Shown here piece after piece: positions 12,359 through 25,970 of a DNA stretch of 64,000 nucleotides. The position numbers were made by a program, and so were the translations under genes. Under the pieces are notes generated by a model that worked only from the letters and a program-made list of their open reading frames with translations, was not told the DNA's origin and made no database searches. Origin of the DNA: Laetmonice hystrix (lineage: Eukaryota); NCBI GenBank assembly GCA_965235115.1, contig OZ249438.1, positions 18,104,001 to 18,168,000 on the forward strand. Direction: 5' to 3'. The stretch's first letter is position 1. Each line of letters starts with the position of its first letter.

Positions 12359-15300
12359 GTTTTCTTTGATAGGACCAACAAGATTAATCTCTTTGATCGG
12401 ACCCATTCTCAAAGTTTACTATGAAGAAAATCACTTTCAGTTTGAAAGAATTACATTGCGCAGTGCCGCTCAACCGACTTAGAGAATACACAGAAATGTC
12501 AATCACCTCGCACTGGTTTGCAGAAGCTAACTGGATCCCATTGGGAACAATACGGGGATTTTTGAAACCTAAAATGATACACAAACCACGATAAAATTAA
12601 AAGTGTGTTTGGTTGGGATTAGCGTGATTTATTTCATGTTCAGCCCCTATTAATGCTATATAGCTCGGCTGACAGTCTGGGCAGGCTGCAGGTCGGGCTG
12701 TGGTGCGGCTCTGACAGTCAACCTTGGCCTTTATTTCGATCAATGTAGACCAGCAGCAGCTCCGTGACCCGAGGTGAACCTAAACACTGACGTAAAGTTC
12801 ACAATAAAAGTTGGATGTTTGACGTACCGTGCCAACAGAGGCACCTCTTATCTGTGATAACACGTGGTACGTCATGTATACGTCACAATGTGTATAATTC
12901 CGGGAATTCTTGGAGTTCTCCTCCACAACCTTTAGACAAAATAACCATGGTAATCACGCAAGGCTGCGAGCAGTCAAAAGTTAGAAGATAATACCATGGT
13001 TTTTCCTTTCGGGTTACAATAATAATTATTATTAGCCGAATAACGTAGGAACCCTAGCTGACATTGTCTATAACATTATAATTATCATCGTTCACCTCAG
13101 CACTAGCACTATCGCCACCAAAAATGTACACTATCACAGATATTATCAAATACTCTAGAATTGTCTGAAGCCACTCAAAGTAGGGTCTGACTGAAGCCAG
13201 TAGGGGTCTGACTGGGTTAATGGTAGACTACCCAAACACCTGGAATTTAGCTCAGGACTGCGGAATTACCCTCTTAATTAAACTAATGGAAGCAAAGGAT
13301 CTACAGCTGAATACACTGATTGTGTAGGGACCGCGTGTTCCATGGCATTACCATGCGATTTTTCAACCCCTATTCTGCATAGGGCAGAGTTAGAATCAGA
13401 TTCCATATGCAAATTAAGATCATCTGAAATATTTCATTTGGAGATCTGTCACTGTTTTGATCAATGCAAACAAATAATTACAAATTCTGGTCCTGCTCGG
13501 TAAACAGCTGTAGCATGTAAATGAATGATGTAAAAATATGACACAATAAAAACAGATGCACTGATTCTAACAATAGGTCGTACCACAGATAGCAACTTGT
13601 AAAGGACATCGTATGGATTTTGTATTTATTAGATGGATCCAGAGATAATCATTTACTGATAGTGTTCGATTTTATGACAAAGATCACAATCTGACACAAC
13701 ATGCCATGTCTTTACTACTGTGGCCTTTTTGTTCTTTATTGCAAAAATCAACTTGACATTATTATTTGAATATCGCTACTCCTGATTGGCAATTAATTAA
13801 AGTCGACGTTTCGACCAAAATGCCAAAGATATACAAACGGAATATAAACCAGCAGGCAGATGATGAAGGCGACATTGCTTGTTTAGTTAAGTGTTCGACG
13901 TCCTGTATCAGAAACAAAAATGCTTAAAATGGCAAATCCCGATTGTCACAAGAGCTAATACGTGTACGTATCATTTCCTTACTCCGTTTTTGTCTGATCG
14001 TCGTGGCATTCGTTACCTCAGCTCGGTGCAACTAGACGGGGCAAACATCGTCCCACAATGTGGTAAATGTCACATAAAAGTGCAAATGGTGAAGACGCCT
14101 CAAATTTCATCTTCATTGTTGCAGGCCTCCAACATTCATGAAGAAATGTCACCATGTTTGTCAATTGTCAGTCATTAATGCAGAAAATACAGTTCCTTTT
14201 TTTAAATGCTTTCTTCACGAAAACCAAGTTTTTTTATCCTTTCGAAGTGCGCATCCTCATAATAAAAACCACATCTGTGTTTCTAATTTAAAACACGAAA
14301 AGTAGCGTTATTCTGACATGGACGTGAGATAAAGTTGTCGATCGAGAAGAATGGCGTGAGGCTGTCTGGAGGGAAGGCCAGCCAGCTGTTTCCTGGGTCA
14401 CTAAGTACATCGCAAAACCTGACAACATCTTATATCCATCGATGTCGACTCAATCATATGGCGTTCTATTAATAACAATCAAACTCCTCAGGAAATGCCA
14501 GCACACCTTTATATCTTGTTCGATCATAAAGAAATAGTTTACATTTCAATATGACTGAGTTTCTGACCTTTTATACGTCCACATCGCTAAAATCGATTTT
14601 CCTTTGGAACATCCCCAACAGGTGTAATTGATCCTTTCCTATGGTGTTACTACCATGATGTCAACACACATGAAACTTTCCTAGCCTTTGTTTTGTTGGA
14701 TAATATTTTATCATTTTCCATTTACTCACAGGCAGGCGGGGTTTGCCCTTGCAGCTTGAAGCTGATAAGACATCGGCAAAATCTACGCTATCCATCTGCT
14801 GTTTGCCTGGCTGTCCAAGCTCCGTGTGATACAAGGTTGAATGCCAGGTAAGAGATCGATACGAGACCTTGTGAACATGATCGTGCCATATAAATTGGCA
14901 CATCTTGTCTCAACTAGCCATGCTGGGGTTGATACGACTGGCAATCAATAAAAACCGGCATGTTGGTCGGTCAGAATTCCAAGCAGACTCCGGACACAAT
15001 TCTGAGAACGTAAACACAGGGTCAGCGAGGAAGCAGTGTGTCAAGGGGGGCCGTGTTTGACGGTGGTTGATTGAACGGCCTGCCGGCAGTCGCTGGACGA
15101 TGTACGGCGGGGCGGGGGTTTATCGTGTCGGTGGCCGGCCAGTCGGTCGGTCGGTGGAACATTGCCGTCGTCAGATCACCAACATGAGTGAGACCCGGCC
15201 ACAATGGGGCTCACTGCCCACATTATTACCAGCTCCCTCTGTCAATCCCAGCGCTCATTTCACAAGTGAATTACTGCATTGTTGAAGGGCAATACGGTGA

Positions 15301-15470
15301 AACCGAAGCCTTCGTGCGACCTTACGTTACTGTTTCCATTCCTCGACCTTCCCTGACCGCCCCAACAGTCTGACGCAGTCAGACATCTTAACTTACATAA
15401 TCATATAAACAGATTACGAAGATTACTGAAAGATTAGCATGGACGTGAGCACAATTCTTTGACCCGTGGT

Positions 15471-15668
15471 CAGGCGCGGATCCTGGAGTTTTTGCAAGGG
15501 GGGGGGGGGGTCAAGAAGATGCGAGCCGCCGGGGGATGGGGCAATGGTCTGGGGCCCTTCCCCGATAACATTACAAAAACCTAAGTTGGTCCCGAGCATT
15601 GGGGGGGGGGGGGGGTCCGAACCCCCCCCCCCCCCAACCCCCCAACCCCAACCCCCGATCCGCGCCTG
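15471..15668. mobile_element. MITE-like element, 198 bp, perfect 12-bp TIRs CAGGCGCGGATC/GATCCGCGCCTG, poly-G/poly-C interior
   Basis: TIRs read directly. Flanks GTGGT and ATGGT are a possible 5-bp TSD with one mismatch. The interior contains GGGGGTCCGAACCCCC. Confidence 0.8.
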
Positions 15669-16884
15669 ATGGTACAACCATGACCTGTTTAAGGTACATC
15701 CGCCAAACATGTCGACCAGTGGACTAGAACAGAACAGATGAAAATGTTTCCAGATTTCATATATTGTATGAATGGAATCTGTCTATTTCCAGACCCCCTA
15801 TGCTATGTAAGCCATTCTTTGACTACCTGCCTGTGCTACCAGACTCACTACCACACTTAAACGGATATGGACCTGTACTTTACTGACATTATGGATCATT
15901 TTAACTATTTTCTATGTGCCCTCCACGATGTGTCCTTCATTTCTTACGGCTTTCATATCATCATACCATTTGGACATATGGTTGGCATTCTTTCTTATCT
16001 TGAAGAAGGTTGAAAACATCCAAAAAGACTACGTGGTTTCAGCAATAAACCTTCCGATCAACACCTCATCCTTTCTAAATATAGAAGTAGATTAATAATA
16101 CATAGTGTCGTTGTCCCCTGAGTTACGGTTTAGGAGGGCTGGCTGTGATCCACTCCTCATTGTCTCAGTCAGTGGTTACAGGGCCTCCTCCTACAGACAG
16201 CCGTAAACCTGTCTCCTGGGTTCTCACCAGACCTTCACATGTCTCCTCCAGGCTCCGCTCCATGCCGGTCAAACAAGACAGCCCACCTCCCGGGAGGGGG
16301 CGGCACTCGCTACCAGTAAACCACGTCACTCGCAATCATCACGCTCACTAACACAGTCACTGGCAACTTTTATCAAAAACTTCCTCAAAAACTACCATCT
16401 TAGGTAACATTAAACAAGACATCAACTGCTGACCGGCAGCATGTCCCAGGGACAGCTGGGTGTCGCTAGGTGTGGAAGGTACATGTCTACGTTAATGTAA
16501 CGTTCACAAACAGAATAGATATCGTGTATAAACTAGCCGTGGGAGACCCAGGATGATCGCCATGCTATATCAAAGTAATCAATAAACTGCCTCAAGTAGA
16601 GCAGCCACAGCGGACATGAATAAAGGCTTTTTGATACTCCTACTGTGGGGATCACTGCAAAACTTTGAGGAGCAACTAAAATAGAACTAGTGTTTCATAC
16701 CGCGTAGTGAATGGGAGTAGTAAATATTGTTCCATAAAGAACAATACACTTTAAAGTTCGAAGTATAACTCCGCCTACCCATGTCGTCCACCTCTTGGTT
16801 TATTACCGACCGACAGTGGGGGATGTCTCAACACTTTATCCACTAGTACGGCAACAACATTGAATTTTGGCGCTGCTCCTGCTC

Positions 16885-17248
16885 AGGGTGAACACTGGAC
16901 AGGGGGTTAACACCAGACAGGGGGTGAACACTGGACAGGGGGGTTAACACCAGACAGGGGGTGAACACTGGACAGGGGGTAAACCCTGGACAGGGGGTTA
17001 ACACCAGACAGGGGGTTAACACCAGACAGGGGGTTAACCCCAGACAGGGGTTAACCCAAGACAGGGGGTTAACCCCAGACAGGGGGTGAACCCTGGACAG
17101 GGGGTTAACACCAGACAGGGGGTTAACACCAGACAGGGGGTGAACACCAGACAGGGGGTGAACACCAGACAGGGGGTGAACACCAGACAGGGGGTTAACA
17201 CCAGACAGGGGGTGAACACCAGACAGGGGGTGAACACCAGACAGGGGG
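16885..17248. repeat. Minisatellite, 18-19 bp unit GAACACCAGACAGGGGGT, about 20 copies, abutting an exon donor site
   Basis: Tandem units read directly. The array begins at intron position +6 on the minus strand. Confidence 0.96.
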
Positions 17249-17253
17249 CTTAC

Positions 17254-17526
17254 CTGGATTAAGCAACAACATGGCCTTGATGAGAACGTATTCCTCGCGG
17301 GTGATCATGAGGTCGGACAGTTTTCTCGCCATCTTCCGTGTGAGCGAGTCGAGGTCGGGAGGCGACTCGTACTTCCTGCTGTCCTCCTCCGTACACTGGA
17401 AGTCGTCAGCGAACACAAGCACACCGTTGTAGGGCGTGGAGCGGTAGGCCAGGTTCAGACACAGCACGTCCAGCCATGTACTCTGCAGCAGGTTCATCTG
17501 GTCACTCAGAGGTAGGTTAATAAACC
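17254..17526 (-). CDS. ERR: NR3/ERR-like nuclear receptor, middle LBD exon (helices 4-8/9), 273 nt, phase 1/1
   Basis: Minus strand reads tgttgcag|GG TTT ATT ... AAT CCA G|gtaagc. It translates as GFINLPLSDQMNLLQSTWLDVLCLNLAYRSTPYNGVLVFADDFQCTEEDSRKYESPPDLDSLTRKMARKLSDLMITREEYVLIKAMLLLNP. It contains the NR motifs DQMxLLQxxW, YRS and EEYVLIKA, and joins both neighbouring exons in frame. Confidence 0.95.
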
Positions 17527-20500
17527 CTGCAACAGTCACAAAGACAACACAATTACTATCTAATATTATAATGTTCAATCCCTTCCATGGATCCTGGCTG
17601 CCAAGAGTTAACGTAGTAGATTTCCTGTTTCTTGTCTATCAGAACCTGAGCAATTAACCGTGATATAAGTGGAGATTCTATGGATTCCTTTGCTACCAAG
17701 CAAAACACAGGGCACCACAACATGTCATCCACAAATTGCCCCATTCTCTCCTGCCTGACTGTAACCCGAATAGGTATTGATTATGACTGTCAATAAATCT
17801 GGTTGGTAGGAATCCAACTCATAGTTTGCCTTCAAACAATGGTGAGCGAGTGCCACCTCATTCGTCACCCATTTAACGGCTGTCTCATCCTGACCGTCAT
17901 AATAAATATAACATCTTAAAATATCTGTATATATGGGTAGACGCCGGTACTTTAACACATGAATACTGACCCCTGAACCGCTATTACAACTGACCATGTA
18001 TTACGTTATCAATATGACCGTTATTCAATCTCCATGAACCTGTTAACCTTGATAGTGTTAAGTCTAAGAGGTTTTTATAACTGATACGCTTATACTCATG
18101 GCATATAATTGTTGTTGAATCATTCTATGAAGTAAGATGAAAGATATTGCACAGTATCCACTGCCTCGTAACTTTCCGAACAATTGCTCGAGCGTAGACA
18201 TAACCTTGAAGTCTTATATAAAGAAATAAAATAGGAAATTTTAGAGGGAGGGATAAATGGGGGCTTACTATACCGGACAAAGCCCCGGTCCTCGAGACGG
18301 CAGCTTTCTACGCTATTTCTAACATCATCAATATTCTAGGGAGATTTCAGGGGCGTACTGTAGCCCCTCCTCCTGATCACTTGCGAAGGGCACCTGCTCG
18401 TCAACAAGGGCATTGGATTACAGCCAGATAAAAAAAAAATCAAGCTTCAAATATTGCCAGCATTTTCATCGAGATGTGGCGATCACAGGAAAAAAGCTTT
18501 GCTGGTGCAGACATGAAGCTCTCCTGGAAGCTTTTGGTTGAAACTTGCCAACTCCTCTCTAATACTCCACCCGTGCCCAGTCAGTCTCCTGCCATTTCTA
18601 AAATACTGCTGCCATTTCCCGCCCTCTAGTGACGGGCTGTGCCGACTGGTAGGCCGTTATCATGGTGGCTGGACGGCCAGTCGGTGTCCAGACACCAGAC
18701 ACTGTTACAGGCGAGGCTGACACGTCGGGCGCCCTCGGACTTCCTTCCCAGGCCCTCCCTCCCTCCCCACCTCCCCACCTCCCCGGGCGAGCTTCCACGC
18801 CTGGCGGCAAGTGCCTCGGGTCTCACCGTGGTGGACCCGCGCCAAACTCTGCTCGACAGACGGCTCCCTACCGTACCTCTCCAACCCGACCTCTCTTGAA
18901 GGGGGCGCCGGGGGAGGGGGTTCCCGCTTTACCATCAACATCACAAAAAGGAGAAATATTCTCTAAAAGAACTTCCAAACAGTATTCCTATTGATTAATG
19001 TCTTTTTGTCTCCCAGCACTCTTCCAGCACGCTATTGCCTCAGGCACCTCATCAATAATAACCCGACGTATGAACTTTGACCTGTGTATAATATCTGCTT
19101 GTACCGGTGGCCGTTTCCTGCCATGGTGTGTCGGCCTAAGACATTACGTGTCCCGACTGGTGAACTATAGGGGACTGACCCCGAGGTCAGGACTGCTGGT
19201 ATCTGACGGAGTGGGACAGAATGATTAACAACGACCTGCAACAGGTGCAGGAAGGCGCAATCAGACAACGGAAGGTTCCTACAGCGCTGATGAAGCAATG
19301 GTGGAAGACAATACATTTTTGTTTATGTTGTCAAGGAGCCTGTCACCTGTCCTGTATCAAAATGAGACAGCCAGTAAAACACGCGAACGGTACAGAATTA
19401 CGACATACTACATGTGTCCCATAATCGCTGCAATCCCCCCAAGGTAAATCATTCCGATATTGTTCTGGGCCCTAGGCCAATGATAATTAACTTCGTCCAA
19501 CCAAAGCACTATATTTCCAGTACTAATTAAGACCACGTTCAGGTTTTCCACGCAGCCAATGCTGGTGCACGAGATATCGAGGGAATAACACGCAAGAGCA
19601 GGTCACAAACTCACAGCGAGGGGGCGCCACTACACACCTTACTGCTGGTATGTTTTCTCCGGTGAAAACCCCCCTGACCCTTTGTATACTTTCACTTATG
19701 ATGTCTCCTTGGTTAATTTAAAAGTATTCCAAACTCCCAACTACTGCGTTGATAAGCTAGTAGTACATGTATAACTGAGGACCCCGTCACGCGGTCAACG
19801 AAGCCAGACAGCATATGGTCCAACTATAGTAAATCTAACAATATTGTCTTTCTTTAGCAGTACACTTACTAAATATTATCATGATAATATTCTGACCAAC
19901 AGTTTTGATTAGATATATCATTTAACATGACAATAGAGGTCTATATAGAACCACTGAACTATTATATCATACGTCAGTCAAAATGACAGATAAAAAATTA
20001 ATCATAGAATAGAACAGCATAAATAAACGACCGAATATCTCACACACTGATTATCATGATATTATTGAAACTGTTCCTGGACAGTACCACGGCCAGGCTG
20101 AGCGGCGAGCCGCAAATTGCCATCTATTACGATCAAAGAGTTCTTTGCCTTTTGTACGAAGCATTAATTTATAATTCCATCGAGTAGATGTGATGGCACA
20201 TCATGCCGGGCATGTCACTGTAATGGTAGCAGTGAGAGCTGCGAGCATTCTTCTCATTCCTCCTGGATCCCTCGCACTGTCATCATCACTTTGGCCAGGG
20301 ATAGCTCTCTCTTTCTCTCTCACTCTCTCTGATCTCACTCTGGGGCAGACGTCCCCCCAAATACTGCGGCATTTCTCTGGTACGAGGTTGCCTTCAGAAC
20401 AGAATGGACAGCTCGTCGGAGCAATATACTCAACCCGAACTGTTATCATCGGCCACTCGCTACACCCCCCCTCCCCGAACCTCTGGCATGTCTGATTGAA

Positions 20501-22885
20501 CAGGTCTGAACGAAATCCCTACCTTACCGCTGACAGGCCAAACCGTTTAGAAAGGTAAGACTGTTGGGAAGCTTTAATCTTCCCCTATCATTCTGTTCAA
20601 TCTGAGGTGAGATGGCAAAAACAAGAACGTGGTGATTGCTGCACAGTCATTAGTCATCAGGAAAAGGTCAGCTGCTGGAAGTTGGCATAGCTATAATCAG
20701 TAACCCAGTCAATAACCAGGGGTAATGGGCAAGCAGGACTGTATAGGTAAGCCAGGTATAGGGCAGACACCATTGCGGAATATCAACCATCCCGTCATTC
20801 TCCGCCAACCGCTACCTACCCGTACCATTCAAAACTCTGGCTTTCCACCCCCCCCCCCCCTAAATAAAAAGAAAGTAATACATTATCATTTTTCGGAGGG
20901 TTGAAAAAAAACTCAAAATGCAGGAGAAGATTGAGCGACTTTCCACCTAAGGTAGAAGGAGCCATAAAGCGACACGATGAAACGTCTCAAACTTGTAGTG
21001 TATGGACACCTGACATGGTTCTGACAAATACAGTCAATTTATCGTCACTATCGATGTACGGCGATCTTCGCCATTTTGCTGCTCTCATTCGTACGTCGTT
21101 TGGACGTCCTCAAACTGTTTGCACTAAGTGATATTTTCTTAAAAGGGACTTGGGATGTGACCTTCTATATTAGAAGATTGTAACGATTTATACCTCTTAA
21201 CACAAGGGTAACATTCAGGGCTAATTACATCATCAGTTGCATTATTTTCATCGAGCTTTCATCATCGTAAGAGCCACAAAACAAAGACAAAGTCAATCTG
21301 GACAGTATTTGCAGTTCATTTTATGCATTCATACAAGTGGTTGTGCTGCATGGAACATAACAGAATGCTACAGTCTCGTGATTGCAGCGGCTGGCATGGC
21401 TATGTCAGTCAGCTCGGGTGCATGTGAACACTTAAAAGGCCTGATCCATCAGCCGGTGGTCCATCCATAGGGCAGTCTTCCAATGTGGCCAAATCTCTCG
21501 AGCCTTAACTGGCCCGGTGTGCAGCATTCCATCTGATGCTGGTTGACATGTTTGGGGTATGTCTAGGGGTAGCTAGCTATTCCGGCCGGGATTGGCTGGC
21601 TGTCCTGCACGTTACTAGCCGCGTCAGAGTTGGCCTCAGCGGTAACACCATGTCTGAGCGGCCTTGCCGCTTCTTACGCTGTGACGCCATCAGTGTTTGA
21701 ATGACGTCACAGTGACGTACACGGCCGACTCGCCATTCACACCGCTCGGCATGGCGGGCGCGGCGGCGGCAGTAAACAGATGACGTAGGTCGGTGGTGGT
21801 AGTGTAGTGCACTGGGCGTCCCGCCGCCACTCGCTCCACGCCTTCCATACCCCATTGAGGGATACACGGAGGGCCCGGCGGCCAGGCCCACAACCAGGCC
21901 GGTCTGCAATTCTGGCACCGAGCCATGTCGTAACCTTTTCTTTTTCATCCCAGACTCTTCTTCTTTCGCTTGTTATTTGACAGGGGAAGAAATCCTTGCC
22001 TAATAATTTTCCCGCAGACAAGAGCCGGGGAAGCAATAATAGGGCTGATGACGACTCGGGTTTCAGCCAAGGGTCAATGTTAAAGTCGGCATCAGATCAA
22101 TGAAGAGGCCCAGCCAACCGCTAGCAGCCTCCTCAGTGCAGCCTCATCAAGAGAGCCAGCCAAACACGAGCTGGAGCCCACCCACACCGCCAACACCCAC
22201 ACCTTAAATTGAATATTCCTACTCGGAGTGCTCTTTCAAGAAATACCGATGCTTTGCCATCTAGGTCTAGACGTCTGCCTGCCAAACTAGCACCCACAAC
22301 AGCAGCAGCCGCTAGAGCAGCAGCCAGCCAGCCGGTCTCCCGGCCATCAGCCACCCACACGTGGCTCTACATGTACCGGTGCCTCTCAGCCATCAAACCT
22401 AAACAGCTAAAAAAGCAATATATGTGATGAAAGAATCGTCTGCTTGCAATGGTGCACAGTTACTGATTGGCCAGCTGCCCTCCATCGGCAACTCCCGTCA
22501 CGTACATCTTCATAGCCTGCCCTCATAGCTTACCATTTACCTAACATCTACATAAACATGGCCTGCAATTATTGTACTTTTTTCATTGACTACACCATGG
22601 ATTTCTATTTTAGGCCACGAGCTACCTTAAATGCCATATAAATTAGTCAGAATGAGCGGGGTGTCGCCCCGCAACATACAACAATTGTGAAACCATGGCC
22701 TGGAACACTCTTCAAATTTGCGTTTCCTCCTGCCACGACTAATTATAAAAAAATGCTCAGGTCACCGACACTCACCGACATTCATGTCATTAGTATAGAA
22801 TTTATGTCAAAAAGGAGTAACAACTTAAATGAAAAGCCCAGGGTTGTCATAGCTGAACGCCATGCATTTGAATCTTTTAATTGCT

Positions 22886-23049
22886 AGGGCCCGGTTTCTG
22901 ATACTAAGACATCTTGCTTAAGCTTAACGCAACTGATTGGCTAGTTGTCACCGGTTTAAGCAAGGCAGCTTAAATGTGTGGCAATCAGCCAATCAGAAAT
23001 GTTAAGCTTAAGCTTAAGCAAGATGTCTTAGTATCACAAACCGGGCCCT
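22886..23049. mobile_element. MITE-like hairpin element, 164 bp, about 42-bp TIRs (AGGGCCCGGTTT(C/G)TGATACTAAGACATCTTGCTTAAGCTTAA)
   Basis: The arms are reverse complements with one mismatch. There is an inner inverted pair CTGATTGGC/GCCAATCAG. The termini resemble PIF/Harbinger-type MITEs (inference). No clean TSD. Confidence 0.85.
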
Positions 23050-24044
23050 GCAGGACCTTCTTCCTAAGTTTGCTGTTTACTAATAAATTCTATACACTCA
23101 AAACGAGTCTTCCTGATAATATGGCTTTCCAGCAACGGAAGGCCAGGCCAGGTATAATTCATGGACAAAGCGCTGCGATTGTTAATGCCACGATATGAAA
23201 ACACTGTTTTTCTACAGCATGATTACAAGCCGTGTTTTTTCACAGTAGTTTATAGAAAGTATGGTCTCCGTGTTGTGAGGCAGAATTGGACGGCGTTGCA
23301 TGGTGTCGGAAACCGCTACACATGTAGCCACAATGGGTACTGAGCACATCATTTCACCGTTATGCCACCGGTGCAGCATGGGGCTAACGGACAAACCATT
23401 CATTAACACAGATCCTGTCACAGTTGTCCATGTTGAGGGTTTAATCTTTGTTAACTGAAAAACCAATCCCAGAATCAACAACCATGATGTTTTGTGAACT
23501 ATCGCTTTCAATTTTTTGATGTGACCAGTGTTATAATATGACCGAATTCCTAACATAACAATAGGGCTTTGTAACCGTCCAATATGGTTGTAATGTTGTC
23601 CACAAAGGAGGCCATTAGTGCCAGCAGCCTAGGTCGCCATCCTTCCCCAGGTATCATTGCCAAGGTAAAGATTGCAAGACCCGCCTTGAGCTGTCCGCTC
23701 AGGTTGTATGGGCGACCGAGGAGTTAACCATGTCTTTGTTTGACTTCAGGAGCTAACTCTACAGACGGGCTCAATACTACAGCGGAATCAGTGATACTGA
23801 CTGATACCACCATATAGACTCAGACCCAACTCCCCCAACGTTAGAGCGTCTGATCCATGGGTGGGCGGTTGGGTTTACAACCATTGATTTGCAAACCCAA
23901 AACTAGGCTAGCCACAAACATTTGAGGCCGACTGTTTTCACCGAGTGTATTGGGGACTGTGTGTAGGAGACTTATCGTGATGATCATCGAAGGTTCACTC
24001 TGAGGTTTCTTGTCATCCCTGGCACTTTGTAGTCTTGGCATACA

Positions 24045-24235
24045 TTATGTGTCAAGGCCGCTATGATTGCATCATGTGTCAAGGCTACGTGTAATTGCAT
24101 CATGTAGCCAGGAAGGCTATGATTGCATCATGTGTCAAGACGGCTATATGATTGCATCAGGTGTCAAGGGTGGATGTAACTGCATCATGTGTCAATGGCG
24201 GGTGTGATTGCATCAGATGTCACGGCAGACTGCAA
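24045..24235. repeat. Degenerate tandem repeat of about 30 bp around (G/A)TTGCATCATGTGTCAA, about 6 copies
   Basis: The core ttgcatca(t/g)gtgtcaa recurs with variable linkers. Confidence 0.7.
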
Positions 24236-25970
24236 CTACTAGATTGGGATAAGTGCATTATCCTCACAAACTGTGAACTGGGGAGGATGGCCACCTGTAT
24301 ACTGTCACTGGTCAGTGCCAGGTGTCATTCACGCCCCGGCCGAGGCTGTCCCAGCCGGAGGGCGGGCATCAACAACGGTCCGTGGGGACAACATGACGAG
24401 AGCCGCTGTGGACATCTCAGCCTCACTGACAACCACCACAGGTTGGCACAATGATTGTCCAAGTCTCTTGGCCAGATTGGTGTCGGCATAGGAGAGACCC
24501 AGGTCAGTCGGTGAGCAGCCGTGCTGTCAATGAGGGATTCTAAATTCAAAGCCCAATCTGGTAGGCCAAATTAATAAATTCTTCCACCGACAGAGTCCCT
24601 GTTAAAAACGCCACTTCTCATGTGATATTTGATAATTAAATTATCGATATACCTTAAAAAAGATTTGTAAACACATTATTTTACTAGGGCCAATATACAT
24701 AGGTAATGATAAACAAGTTTCTATAACTGACACATTATGTTGCCAGATACCCAATAGATCCTTCAATTAAAATCCCTTACAGTAAGATGGTGGTAAGATA
24801 TCCCTGAGAGTATTTATAAGAGCAGTCAATCAATAAGACTGTACCCGATCAGAGTGGGAGTCAGGATGGTGGTGGTGGTGGTCTGGGAGGGGGTGAGAGG
24901 CGGGTCCTTGCACTGATCCATACACTAGACTACAACATCCCTCAATGGCTTGTCCTATTGCCAACCGACTGCCTCCACAACCGACACACTAAAAACGCCT
25001 TCCCTGCACAATAACACACTCAGCCCCAACAAAGGTCATTAAACGACCGTGGTATCCCCAGAGTATACCTACCGAACTTACACACAACGTTTCAATTTCA
25101 GCTTTACAGTCGTGGGCATGAGGGACCAGTTGTAATTTGTATCCAGTCACAGTAAAAGTGATTCACATTGATGGAAATACAATGATGTAGCTAGTGAGAT
25201 TGACCATAACGGGAATTTACCTCCCATTAGTTGATACTTCTTTTTTGGCCATAGACGTACAATAAAAATGGTAAACAGAACTATATCACCATCAAAGCAT
25301 TGTGCAATACATATATTTTTAGTATTTCCGGATATTGCAGGTTGTAATACCGAGTTATGGGTCACAGCCTTTACCGGTGATTGCATTATTGCATAATCTT
25401 ATATCAAAGTGCAATACATGTATCTAAGATTCAAAAGTTACGATTTTTGAGTAGAAAAGTTATCAAAATCCTGGGGAAGACATGGTTAGGCCTACATTCA
25501 AGGTCTGTTGTCATCAAGAATTTCCTATTTTTTGCCGCAAGATATTCTGATCCGCAACATCATGTTGTAACTTGTACGCTAACCTCAATTGTTTATACCC
25601 TGTCCGTTAGAGAAGTCGACTGAGATTTCTACTCAGACCAGACAGACAAAAACCGACTTGGAACATCCAGAGATCCAAGTGGGCCGGTCTCTATGGAAGG
25701 CCGAACCGATGTTATCACCTGGCGACTGGGTGACGGATGGCATCATGCTCACCCACATCAATCATGTTGACAGCTAACTAAATCATTCTCTGCTGGATTA
25801 ATCAGTTGACTGTCCGGAGACGACGGTGTAACGTATCCAGGTATTCCCAACCACGTGAGAGATGAATACCAATACCGGGGTCACGTCACTCCGTCTGAGG
25901 TTATCACTACGACGGTCGGTCCGAGAAACTGCGGACATAGGAAACATTCACAGCGGGCACAGTTAGCTCC

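Larger units (their letters stand above)
8875..17253 (-). other. About 8.4 kb last GT-AG intron of the ERR-like gene
   Basis: Bounded by GTAAGC and TTTCAG. The junction NP-D-ANV is in frame. Confidence 0.9.

Noticed and set aside
13803-13820. Penelope-like terminal motif CGACGTTTCGACC (similar words near 33245 and 40165)
   Set aside because: These are short words only, with no RT or GIY-YIG frame nearby.
14310-14390. DREEWREAV resembling an RTE-type LINE C-terminus
   Set aside because: It is about 10 residues with no upstream RT similarity.
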